Virus record (IMG/VR): IMGVR_UViG_2799113093_000010
Origin: a virus
Taxonomy: Duplodnaviria > Heunggongvirae > Uroviricota > Caudoviricetes
DNA length: 64,000 nucleotides
Strand: one strand, 5' to 3'
Shown: piece by piece, positions 27,502 through 35,358 of the stretch
Layout: each line of letters begins with the position of its first letter
Numbering within the stretch: position 1 is the first letter of the stretch
Notes under the pieces: model-generated
The model's database searches: none
Seen by the model: only the letters and a program-made list of their open reading frames with translations
Told to the model about the DNA's origin: nothing
Made by a program: the position numbers and the translations under genes

Positions 27502-28288
27502 AGGCTCCCGGCCATAGGTGCGGGAAGTACTCCTTCGCCCTGGTCGCTGGGCTAACGATGGGCGGCTTCTCTAGGGCGAAGCGTGGGGTGACCCACTCAG
27601 CCCAATCCAGCGGTGGCCACCACTTCAGTTGTCCCCCACTGTTTGGAAACCACTGCCACAGCCTGTGTTTACGGCTCCCGATCTGGACAAATCCGTCGAT
27701 CCGAGTTTTCGTGGACTCCCAGGTGATTCCGCCAATGGGATTGAACCCGTACAGGTCCAATTTGTAGCAGGACAGCTGGAATTCGCTCCAATTCGAGCTA
27801 CGCGACAGGATGAGGTATTTACTGCCATCGAGGGCGATATCGTGTTCGGCCGCCGCTAGCTTGTGCCAGGTGGTGATCAGCTCGATGATCGCGGGCCCGG
27901 CCAACTGCGGCTCTGTCACCCAGTTAATCTGCCGATCCAGCAGGTACTCCCTGAACTTCGCGGCAGAGTTGCTGAGCTCGACGAATGCGGCCTTCATGGA
28001 GGCAGGCGCGAACGCCGCCATCTTGCACGAAACCCCGAAGTTCTTCCCGTGGGGGACAAATCGCGTCACGTCGAAAACCCCCTTGTTCTCGGCCGCAACT
28101 CCACCAATGATGCTCGCCAGTCCGCGCTCGAAGTCTCGGAACCCTGGCATAGAACCCTGTGTTGTCTGGTTCTGACCTGATCCGTCCCGGTAGGTGCTCA
28201 GCACCAGCCGAAGTGCTTCCAACTCAACAGGGTTCAGCGCTCTGTCGCGAATTGGCAAGAGCGCGGCGGCGGCTGCCTTGGAACTCAC
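27488..28288 (-). CDS. hypothetical protein, convergent with and overlapping the Dam gene by 14 nt (candidate restriction partner)
   Basis: Last gene of the leftward early block; 266 aa with no recognisable motif. Confidence 0.45.
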   Translation of the reverse strand: MSSKAAAAALLPIRDRALNPVELEALRLVLSTYRDGSGQNQTTQGSMPGFRDFERGLASIIGGVAAENKGVFDVTRFVPHGKNFGVSCKMAAFAPASMKAAFVELSNSAAKFREYLLDRQINWVTEPQLAGPAIIELITTWHKLAAAEHDIALDGSKYLILSRSSNWSEFQLSCYKLDLYGFNPIGGITWESTKTRIDGFVQIGSRKHRLWQWFPNSGGQLKWWPPLDWAEWVTPRFALEKPPIVSPATRAKEYFPHLWPGAFKLT

Positions 28289-28383
28289 CCTGACCGCCTA
28301 TTTCGCCTAGTCCACACTGAGAGGTTCATAGATCTGTTCCTACAGCACACCACTGACAAACAGTCTCTTGGGGCGTCCGACCC

Positions 28384-28779
28384 TCAGCGACGGCGCTGGG
28401 CGACCGTGTGTAGGGCGAGTAGCGCGCCAGCAAGACCCGGGGCATCGACGATCGGGATCCGCGACGGGAACCCTGCAAGAGCGAGCCGGTTGTCCTGGTC
28501 GATGAACACCTCGCCGTCCGCGCACGGCTGCTCACTCAGCGGCACCCGCACTGACCAGCCTCCGTACCCGTCTGGGTCGATGTTGGGCAGCTGCACCAGC
28601 ACGTAGCCCTCACTGGCGAGCAGCGCCGGCAGGACGGAGGCGATCCGGTCGGCGACCTCGTCGGCCGAGCGGACATGCATGTAGGCCGGAGGGTCGCTGA
28701 TGAAGCGTGGTGTGACGTGGCGGCTCACCAGATCGGGTATGCCTGCGATCAGCCGGGTCAGCACCGCGCGGGCCGTCAT
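28384..28779 (-). CDS. hypothetical protein (131 aa)
   Basis: Coupled (4-nt overlap) immediately downstream of the nucleotidyltransferase gene. Confidence 0.45.
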   Translation of the reverse strand: MTARAVLTRLIAGIPDLVSRHVTPRFISDPPAYMHVRSADEVADRIASVLPALLASEGYVLVQLPNIDPDGYGGWSVRVPLSEQPCADGEVFIDQDNRLALAGFPSRIPIVDAPGLAGALLALHTVAQRRR

Positions 28780-29603
28780 GGACTGGTTGTACTCGCCCCC
28801 ACCGACAGGCCACCGACCTCAGCGGCAGGCGTCGCCCAGTGCTCCGTGTACATGTCAACGAGCCAGTCGTCGACCTTCGCCCAGTTGGCTTCCTCGGGCA
28901 GGTCGGCCGTGTTGACCAGATGCTCAAGGTCGCAGGTGATCTCGTCGAGCCGGTCCATCACCTCACGAAGTGACACTTCGCCAGCCCGGACCCGCAGCAG
29001 ATACTCGCGGTGCTCGGCGAGCATCGGCAGGTTGACCCGACCGTCCCGCATCGCTTCGCATCCCTGCAGCCCGAGGCGGATCGCGTGGTAGGCGTACTTG
29101 GTGTCGAAGCCGTACTGGGCGACCAGCTCGGGCCGGTTGGTATGCCGGTGGTGGGTTCCCTCGATCCCGCCACGCTGGCGGTTCAGGTAACCCAGGAAGC
29201 GCTCGCCGGCTGCCTTCGTCACGAACATGTCCGATGCTGCCTGCAGCTGCTCGCCGGCGCGGGTTCTGGTCACGACCTCCGCGTCCGGGAGCCACAGCAG
29301 CAACAGCACCGTCGGATTGCCTGCGGCGGCCAGCCTTGTCCACTTCCGCAGCGAGTAGATGACCAAGTCGAGGTCACCCGGTCCAGAGCGGGCTCCGTCA
29401 GGCTGCGTGCGGTAGATGTACTGCTCGAACTTCTCCAGGCCGATCACGGCCTCGGCTGGTTCGATGCAGATACCCATCTCGTCGCGGTCATCGTCACCGG
29501 TCGTGACGCCGTGCAGGCCAGAGCCGACCTGCCCGAGCAGGATGGTGTTGGCGACCGCGATCTCCCGGTGCCGTGGTGTTCCGTGCCGCTCTTCGGTGCT
29601 CAT
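28776..29603 (-). CDS. Pol-beta superfamily nucleotidyltransferase (275 aa)
   Basis: N-terminal signature LGQVGSGLHGVTTGDDDRDEMG (GS...DxD) plus a third acidic strand (DLDLVIY) about 40 aa later. Confidence 0.6.
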   Translation of the reverse strand: MSTEERHGTPRHREIAVANTILLGQVGSGLHGVTTGDDDRDEMGICIEPAEAVIGLEKFEQYIYRTQPDGARSGPGDLDLVIYSLRKWTRLAAAGNPTVLLLLWLPDAEVVTRTRAGEQLQAASDMFVTKAAGERFLGYLNRQRGGIEGTHHRHTNRPELVAQYGFDTKYAYHAIRLGLQGCEAMRDGRVNLPMLAEHREYLLRVRAGEVSLREVMDRLDEITCDLEHLVNTADLPEEANWAKVDDWLVDMYTEHWATPAAEVGGLSVGASTTSP

Positions 29604-29623
29604 CAGTTGACTCTCCTAGTAGG

Positions 29624-30043
29624 TCATCGGTTCGTGCCGCGAGGTGGTCTACCCAGGGGGCAGGTGAGTGACTGTTCCCAGCACCACTCGGCGGGAGGTG
29701 GGCGGCGGCAGCGTAGGCATAGCTCGGGGTCGACGCGGCGAGGCGAGAACATGTGAGCGACGTCGGCGTGGGCGACGACCAGCGATGCGAGTAGGAGTGA
29801 GTGGACAACGACCTTCCCGCTGGGTAGTTGGACCGGCACGTGGGGTTCCAGGACGCGGACCGGGATGCCGCCTAAGGCCGTGTAGGTGCTCCCGCAGGTC
29901 GAGGTGTATGGACTGGTGGATGCGACGATGGCCTCCAACTGTTCCTGGGTGAGGTACAGGGTGCCCTCGATGTACTGGCGATGCTCCAGCTTCGCGGATG
30001 GGGCGTAGTCGCTGACCATCTGGATTACGTCGGCTAAGTCCAT
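29624..30043 (-). CDS. hypothetical protein (about 139 aa)
   Basis: ORF starting MDLADVIQMV... Confidence 0.4.
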   Translation of the reverse strand: MDLADVIQMVSDYAPSAKLEHRQYIEGTLYLTQEQLEAIVASTSPYTSTCGSTYTALGGIPVRVLEPHVPVQLPSGKVVVHSLLLASLVVAHADVAHMFSPRRVDPELCLRCRRPPPAEWCWEQSLTCPLGRPPRGTNR

Positions 30044-30471
30044 GGGTCCGCCCGCCAATGGTTCATGTTGTTGCCAGGGTGTCGGTGGTCGCCGCGGCGG
30101 CTGATCTGCTGCCAGTCCATCCGCAGCGGCAGCAGCGGCGGCCGATCAATCAGGAGGTCCACCGCCGCCAGTTCTTCCAGGCAGTCCAAGGTCGGCAGCC
30201 CGTGAGGAAACCCGTGGTCGATCGGCTCGGCCATCTTCAGGCGGTATTCCGCCGGCCACACATCGCAACGAGCACCTCCACGGAACTCCAGCGTCAGGTA
30301 GAAGCCCTGGCTGTCGAAATCGACGTGCAGCGTGACCATCTCCATGCCCCGGGCTTTGGCGGTGCGGTTGTCGCGCAGGTTGGGTCCGAGACGCCACCAG
30401 CAGTCGTTTGGGCTGGGCAGCCGGCGCGCGATCACCGGCTTCGGCTCCGACACGGGTGCGACGTCACTCAT
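30034..30471 (-). CDS. hypothetical protein (145 aa)
   Basis: ORF; coupled to neighbours. Confidence 0.4.
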   Translation of the reverse strand: MSDVAPVSEPKPVIARRLPSPNDCWWRLGPNLRDNRTAKARGMEMVTLHVDFDSQGFYLTLEFRGGARCDVWPAEYRLKMAEPIDHGFPHGLPTLDCLEELAAVDLLIDRPPLLPLRMDWQQISRRGDHRHPGNNMNHWRADPWT

Positions 30472-31369
30472 TTGGCTGCAGTCCTCGGAATCCCATCCAG
30501 AACCGCACCCCGGGCGCCAAGGTGATCAACGCAAGCATCTTGTGCTCTGGGTGGAAGTAGATTTCCACTGTCACCGGCATGTTGGGGAAGTGGTCGACGT
30601 TGTCTCGGCTGACAAGAGCGAAGGGTAAGCGTCTCTCTCCATCGAGCAGCGCGTACGCGACGGGGCGCTTGATAATGACGGCACCGTGTCCCTGGCATTC
30701 GATGAACAAACGCGCTGTTGTCCAGGATTGGTCGTGTTCGGCGACGCATCTCAGATGCATCTCGGCGGTTTCAATCCGCGCCGTCGGGATCGGGCCGCGC
30801 TCGGATGGCTCGTAGGTGGCCGAGAGCCGGTGCTGCGGCACGATGACGGAGCGCGCCCACTGAATTTCAGATCGGACCGGCGCCGCGGGTACCGGTGGCA
30901 GCTCCGGCTCCCGCAGATACTCGATGCCCAGCGAGGCAGCGTCGTCGTTGAACGACCATCGGCCGCCCGAGCCACCAGCACCGCCCTGCGCCGTCACGGT
31001 GCCGGGTGCTCCCCGTGTCACCCACGCGCTTTGGACGCGCGCGTAGCCGCCGCGCAGGGGCGGCATCGGCTGTCCGTTGAGCTGTATCCCGTCGGTGTCT
31101 CGTCGGTCGGCGCGAGTGTCCACGTCGCCGCCGGCGGTGGCGAACACGTCGCCCTGGCGTCGGTCGGCGGTCGTCACTGGCGACCCTGACTTACCTGTCA
31201 CGCCGGGGCAGCCGTTCTGGGTGAGCCCATGCCAAGGAGCTCCACACTGGGAGCACTCGTCCTGGTTGATGTTGTTGTCGTAGCCCGACCGCTCCCGATA
31301 CGGACGATCCATCTGCTCATCGATCAGCGCGCCGATCGCATCGATGACATCGTCCTCAGGGTTTCTCAT
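30464..31369 (-). CDS. hypothetical protein (about 301 aa) with N-terminal Cys cluster (CSQCG...GCPG)
   Basis: ATG at 31369 overlaps the upstream stop (ATGA). The first 58 aa of the track ORF are R-rich junk. Confidence 0.45.
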   Translation of the reverse strand: MRNPEDDVIDAIGALIDEQMDRPYRERSGYDNNINQDECSQCGAPWHGLTQNGCPGVTGKSGSPVTTADRRQGDVFATAGGDVDTRADRRDTDGIQLNGQPMPPLRGGYARVQSAWVTRGAPGTVTAQGGAGGSGGRWSFNDDAASLGIEYLREPELPPVPAAPVRSEIQWARSVIVPQHRLSATYEPSERGPIPTARIETAEMHLRCVAEHDQSWTTARLFIECQGHGAVIIKRPVAYALLDGERRLPFALVSRDNVDHFPNMPVTVEIYFHPEHKMLALITLAPGVRFWMGFRGLQPNE

Positions 31370-31671
31370 CGGTGCGCTTTCTCCCAGGCACATAGCCGAT
31401 CCCAGGCGACCATCAAGTTGAGGTTCGGGGGTCCGGCGAGTTGGCCGTCGACGACGTGCAGCGCGGTGTATCCGGGGGAGAAGTGGGTGAGGCCCGTCTG
31501 GCTGGATACACCGCCGCCGTACGCGTCGCCCTCGATCTCCCACTCGACGACCGGTCCGCCGTCCGGTGCCACAATCACGATGCGCTCCACGACCGTCGTA
31601 TCAGCGACGCGGTGGGCTAGCTGCACCAGACGCCACGCCAGCCAGCGGCGGATGCCTAGCTTCCGGATCAT
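31366..31671 (-). CDS. hypothetical protein (101 aa)
   Basis: ORF; coupled. Confidence 0.4.
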   Translation of the reverse strand: MIRKLGIRRWLAWRLVQLAHRVADTTVVERIVIVAPDGGPVVEWEIEGDAYGGGVSSQTGLTHFSPGYTALHVVDGQLAGPPNLNLMVAWDRLCAWEKAHR

Positions 31672-32108
31672 TGGCCCTCCCTGATGAGCGCGGCCAGCAG
31701 GGTGGCTGTCTCCGCAATGACGTCGAGTGAGATGGCCATGGCTTCGTCGATGCTGTTGGGGTTCTGCTGGAGAGTGCTGGCCGCTGCGGCGAGACTGCTG
31801 ATGCCGCCCACTATCAGCGCCCGACGTTCTATGGCCGCCGCCTTCGGGTCATCAGCCCGGTACAGATAGACGGAGTCCGCATAGGCGTAATCGTTGGCGC
31901 GGCGCCGGAAGTGGTCGTCCTTCTGGTCGTAGTCGGCGCGTCGGAAGCGGAGCAGTTCCTTGTCGTCGGCGTCGACCACCACGATGTCCCGGGCGAGGAT
32001 GCGGGCTACGGTGCCACGTTTGACGATGCTGGTGTAGTAACGCCGGTCCTGCACCTGGATGACTTCGGCGCCGACGGTCATCCAGTCCGGCAGTCCGTCC
32101 GCACTCAT
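31668..32108 (-). CDS. hypothetical protein (about 146 aa)
   Basis: ATG at 32108 (MSADGLPDW...) overlaps the upstream stop (ATGA). Confidence 0.4.
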   Translation of the reverse strand: MSADGLPDWMTVGAEVIQVQDRRYYTSIVKRGTVARILARDIVVVDADDKELLRFRRADYDQKDDHFRRRANDYAYADSVYLYRADDPKAAAIERRALIVGGISSLAAAASTLQQNPNSIDEAMAISLDVIAETATLLAALIREGQ

Positions 32109-32320
32109 GGACGGTCCTTGACGATCTGGGCGATCAGCTCCGGTGAGCAGCCAACCGCGCCGGCGAGCGACGCGTACGTCCACTCGGATCGCTTCTCGGC
32201 CCACAACTCGCGCACCAGGTCGTTGCGCTGGGTCCGGTGCTGACGCGCCACCTGCGACGAGTCGAACGACATCCGGTGATGCTCGCGGGCCTGCTGAGCA
32301 CGTGGGTCCACCGTCACCAC
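32105..32320 (-). CDS. small helix-turn-helix protein (71 aa)
   Basis: HTH-like segment TYASLAGAVGCSPELIAQIV. Confidence 0.45.
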   Translation of the reverse strand: MVTVDPRAQQAREHHRMSFDSSQVARQHRTQRNDLVRELWAEKRSEWTYASLAGAVGCSPELIAQIVKDRP

Positions 32321-33042
32321 CCGAACTCGGTGGGCACGTACACCTGGGTTTGGGAGCGTATGAAATCCGACTCGCGGGGCGGCTGGTCGGACTCAGTAAC
32401 CCGGATCAGGAGCCGCCAACCGCGGGTCTTGGCTGCAGTCGCGGTGTGGATGTTCCACCAGTCCCACGACAGCCACTGGCCGGGCGCGGCGTCCAGGAAG
32501 TCGTGATCGTCCAGGTGCTCGGCGGCGTTCACCGCCTCCGACATCTCGCGGTACAGGCCCGAGTCCTCGCCGTGCTCCAGCCCGATGATGAACGGGCAGC
32601 GCATGAACCGGGTTGGGCAGTCGTTACCGACATGGATGGTGTGGAACCGCGGCGCATACCCCCGAGACTCCAGGTCCGCTTGAATCGACAGCGACGGCGC
32701 ACCCGTGTTCGAGGCGCTCGCCGACATCAGGCTTGCCTCGTGGTCCGTATCGCCGACCCGGCGTGGCACGCCGTCGGTGTGCCAGCCCGGGATCGCAGGG
32801 ATGAACCCGGGCAGCAGCATCGACACCTTCGTATCGACATGCACGTGCTTGTGGTCGCCGACGATCGGTGCCTGCTCCAGACAGCGGCGCACCGCGGGTC
32901 CCCCGAACAGAAGCGCGTTCTCCAGGCTCGCGCGCTCCAAGTTCGGGGTCGCCGGGATGCACATCAGGTCGCGGAACCCGAACACGTCGGTAACCGACGG
33001 TCCGAGTTCCACCGGCGTGACGTTGAACGTGTACGACTTCAC
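32314..33042 (-). CDS. putative Fe(II)/2-oxoglutarate dioxygenase (PhyH-like), paralog A (about 242 aa)
   Basis: GTG at 33042 overlaps the Ro60 stop (GTGA). Motifs GWHTDG (HxD), distal FHTIHVGN, and an Arg about 9 aa later. Paralogous to 42247..42954. Confidence 0.45.
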   Translation of the reverse strand: MKSYTFNVTPVELGPSVTDVFGFRDLMCIPATPNLERASLENALLFGGPAVRRCLEQAPIVGDHKHVHVDTKVSMLLPGFIPAIPGWHTDGVPRRVGDTDHEASLMSASASNTGAPSLSIQADLESRGYAPRFHTIHVGNDCPTRFMRCPFIIGLEHGEDSGLYREMSEAVNAAEHLDDHDFLDAAPGQWLSWDWWNIHTATAAKTRGWRLLIRVTESDQPPRESDFIRSQTQVYVPTEFGW

Positions 33043-34766
33043 AGGTCGCCGCGGGAGAAATCGGCCAGCAGCTGCGGCACTGCGGAGTCGAACCCGGACA
33101 CGTCGAGCTGCCCCGGGTCGGTCGGATCCGCGATGCTGTTGCCGGTCGCGGTCATCGCGACAACCACCAGGCGTGCATCGATGCCCATGGTGTCCCGGTA
33201 CTCGCGGAGCGCCTGGTGCGGATGCATCGACCCGTAGAACGTCTCGTTGTCGGTGTAGACGTGGAACGTGTCGATCTCGATCCGGTTCTTGCGCGCCCAG
33301 ATCATCGGCAGCGCGCAGTCGGTGTTCCCGAAGTCCAGCTCGCCGGTGTAGCGGCACACGTCGTCGAGACGCCGGCGCGGGGTGATGTCCAGCGGCGCCA
33401 CCGCCGTCGCATACCCGCGGAAGTGGCCGGTGCGCGAATGCACGTAGCTGCCAGGCCCGGCGGTGAAGCCGATGATCTGGTGATCCGTCTCGACGTTGGC
33501 AGTGACCAGCGCCAGGGCGGCTGCGGCCTCGCGGCACGACACCGGCAGCCCGGACACCGACCGCGTCATCGACCCGGACACGTCCAGAGCCAGCAGCGTC
33601 CGCTTACCGGCAGGCTCGACCGCGCCATAGGCGTTGTAGAACGCGGCATCGAGCGCGTCGACGATCCGCGCCACCGGCATCCAAGTGGAGTCGCCGCGCG
33701 CCGAGTGGCCCGACGCGTAGGTGCGCAGCGCCACCAGCGCGTTGATCGGATGCACGCGGCCCTTCCGCAGCCGCTCGGAGTCCTGCAGCTGCGCGGCGAC
33801 CTTGTTCCCGATGGTGCCGGCGAGGACACCGAGGCGAGTCAGGCGCGGCAGCTGCCGCATCAGCGCAGTCTGGGGCAGACCGTGCTCGATCAGCGCCTCC
33901 CACACCTCCGGCTTGGTGAGCGCGGCGTCGGGCAGCGCCTCCCACGGAAGAGCGTTGCCACGCTTGATGATCTTCACCCAGTCCCGCGCCGTGGTGGCAC
34001 GCTGCGCGTCCTCGAAGTCGGCGATGATCGCCAGCGGGTGGCCGTCGCTCAGCTCGATATCGGGCAGCTTGGGGCGTGCGGTGTTCCGGTCGCCGGCCTT
34101 CAGCTCGTCCGGGTTCAGCTCGCGGACCTTGTCGGCGTAGTCGTTGAGGCCCTTGCCGACAGCCCAGTTGAACGCGAGGCGCCGCGCCGGGTCCTTCGTG
34201 ACGGGCGAGGAGAGCCGCAGCAGGTCGCGGTGCATCCATCCCTCGCGCTGCCGGTACTTGACCAGCTGGTAGGCGACACGGTCGACGCCCTTGTCCAGAT
34301 ACCAGGAGCCGACCGCACGCTTCATCGCCGGACCCCAGCCACGGAACTGCTCCATGTACTTCACGAACAGGTACAGGTGGGTGCCGGTGCGCGCCACGCT
34401 GGGCAGAGCGGCAGCCGCGGCGCGGCGTCCCTCCACGTCATCGGAGGCTGCGGCGACCGCGAGCGCGAACAGCGCCGGGTTCTGCTTCGGCGCCCGGCCA
34501 GCGACCGACACCTCCACGATGTGCTGCACCAGCCGCACCGGATCCGCGGCGGCGGCACGGAACACCACCTCGGCGTTCTCCCGAGTCAGCTCGGCCGCGT
34601 TGGTGTAGTAGGTGCCGCCGTCGGTACCCAGCGTCAGGAACCGGTGCAGCCTCACCTCGTCGGACACCGCGAACGCGAACCCGCCGGCCGCGTTCTTCAC
34701 CTGCCGGGGGTCCGCCTTCACCGTCTGCGCGGTGCGGCGGGTGCTGATCGTCGAAAGAACGTCCAT
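33039..34766 (-). CDS. rsr: Ro60 ortholog (Rsr): TROVE domain plus C-terminal vWA domain (about 575 aa)
   Basis: TROVE-like N-terminal region (MDVLSTISTRRTAQTVKADPRQVKNAAGGFAFAV..., HLYLFVKYMEQFRGWG). vWA MIDAS motif LALDVSGSMT. RBS CAGAGGAGA before the ATG at 34766. The 115-aa upstream extension in the track ORF overlaps the ncRNA array and is rejected. Confidence 0.8.
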   Translation of the reverse strand: MDVLSTISTRRTAQTVKADPRQVKNAAGGFAFAVSDEVRLHRFLTLGTDGGTYYTNAAELTRENAEVVFRAAAADPVRLVQHIVEVSVAGRAPKQNPALFALAVAAASDDVEGRRAAAAALPSVARTGTHLYLFVKYMEQFRGWGPAMKRAVGSWYLDKGVDRVAYQLVKYRQREGWMHRDLLRLSSPVTKDPARRLAFNWAVGKGLNDYADKVRELNPDELKAGDRNTARPKLPDIELSDGHPLAIIADFEDAQRATTARDWVKIIKRGNALPWEALPDAALTKPEVWEALIEHGLPQTALMRQLPRLTRLGVLAGTIGNKVAAQLQDSERLRKGRVHPINALVALRTYASGHSARGDSTWMPVARIVDALDAAFYNAYGAVEPAGKRTLLALDVSGSMTRSVSGLPVSCREAAAALALVTANVETDHQIIGFTAGPGSYVHSRTGHFRGYATAVAPLDITPRRRLDDVCRYTGELDFGNTDCALPMIWARKNRIEIDTFHVYTDNETFYGSMHPHQALREYRDTMGIDARLVVVAMTATGNSIADPTDPGQLDVSGFDSAVPQLLADFSRGDL

Positions 34767-34793
34767 CGGTGTCTCCTCTGAAATGCGGGTGGG

Positions 34794-34869
34794 GGCAGCG
34801 CGGGCGTGTGAATGACAGCCGGGTTGGTTCCGTTCGAAGGGGATAACCGACCGTCGTCCTGCTCGCGCC
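34794..34869 (-). ncRNA. truncated Y-RNA-like unit (YrlB-like; Ro-binding helix motifs without tRNA-like domain)
   Basis: Carries the GAGCAGGACGACGGUCGGUUAUCC and CACACGCCC motifs shared with the three units upstream. It lacks a T-arm and D-arm. It lies immediately 5' of the rsr RBS. Confidence 0.35.
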
Positions 34870-34902
34870 ACCCCCAACTGGGGCTGTGGCTCGTGTCGCG
34901 AG

Positions 34903-35047
34903 GCGGTGTGGGCGTGTGTTTGCCGACCGGTGTTTTTAGGCGTCCTAGGCCGCTGGACGACGGGGCCGCTATGCAGTCCCGGCAGGATTCGAACCTGCGT
35001 ATCCCGCTCCCGATGCGATAACCGATTGAGCGTCCTGCTCACACCGC
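34903..35047 (-). ncRNA. Y-RNA-like tRNA-mimic ncRNA, unit 3 (YrlA-like)
   Basis: Read on the minus strand it shows, in order: a 5' helix strand with GAGCAGGACGC...CGGUUAUC; a T-arm GCAGG-UUCGAAU-CCUGC; a capped acceptor-like hairpin; a D-arm GUCC-AGCGGCCUA-GGAC; and a 3' strand (CACCGGUCGG...CACACGCCCACACCGC) complementary to the 5' end. Confidence 0.5.
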
Positions 35048-35063
35048 TACGCGACGTTTGTGG

Positions 35064-35205
35064 GGTTGATGCGGGCGTGTGTGTGCTGACCGGGGTTAAG
35101 TGCTCTGCCAACTGAGCTACAGCCGCGAAGCGACTGACGGGACTCGAACCCGCGACCTCTCCATTAGAAGTGGATAACCGACCTGCGTCCTGCTCGCATC
35201 AAACC
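35064..35205 (-). ncRNA. Y-RNA-like tRNA-mimic ncRNA, unit 2 (YrlA-like)
   Basis: T-arm CGCGGG-UUCGAGU-CCCG. Acceptor-like 7-bp hairpin CAGUCGC-UUCG-GCGGCUG with a UUCG tetraloop. D-arm UAGCUCAGUUGGCAGAGCA. Its termini pair (GGUUUGAUGCG / CGCAUCAACC). It carries the conserved GCAGGUCGGUUAUCC motif. Confidence 0.55.
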
Positions 35206-35222
35206 GCTATTGAGTTGTCTGA

Positions 35223-35358
35223 GGATGGCGTGGGCGTGTGGAGTGCTGACCGGTGTTTGATCATTGCTCTGCCAGTTGAGCTATACCCCGCGAGCGGGGT
35301 AGCGGGATTCGAACCTGCGACGGTGATAACCGACCTGCGTTCTGCTCACGCCATCCGC
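35223..35358 (-). ncRNA. Y-RNA-like tRNA-mimic ncRNA, unit 1 (YrlA-like)
   Basis: T-arm GCAGG-UUCGAAU-CCCGC. Perfect 7-bp acceptor-like hairpin UACCCCG-CUCG-CGGGGUA. D-arm UAGCUCAACUGGCAGAGCA. Terminal helix GGAUGGCGUG / CACGCCAUCC. GGUCGG / CCGGUC pairs with G-U wobbles next to GUUAUC. Confidence 0.55.

Noticed and set aside
34766-35111. N-terminal 115-aa extension of the Ro60 ORF (track ORF 33039..35111)
   Set aside because: The extension is R/P/H-rich, with no RBS, and overlaps the Y-RNA-like modules. A good RBS (GGAGA) precedes the internal ATG at 34766, where the TROVE-like sequence begins.
34903-35358. Canonical tRNA genes suggested by the GGTTCGAATCC and GCTCAGTTGG motifs
   Set aside because: No unit has an anticodon arm or a 5'/3' acceptor pairing. 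The elements occur in permuted order (T-arm, capped acceptor-like hairpin, D-arm), so they are tRNA mimics (Y-RNA-like), not decoding tRNAs.
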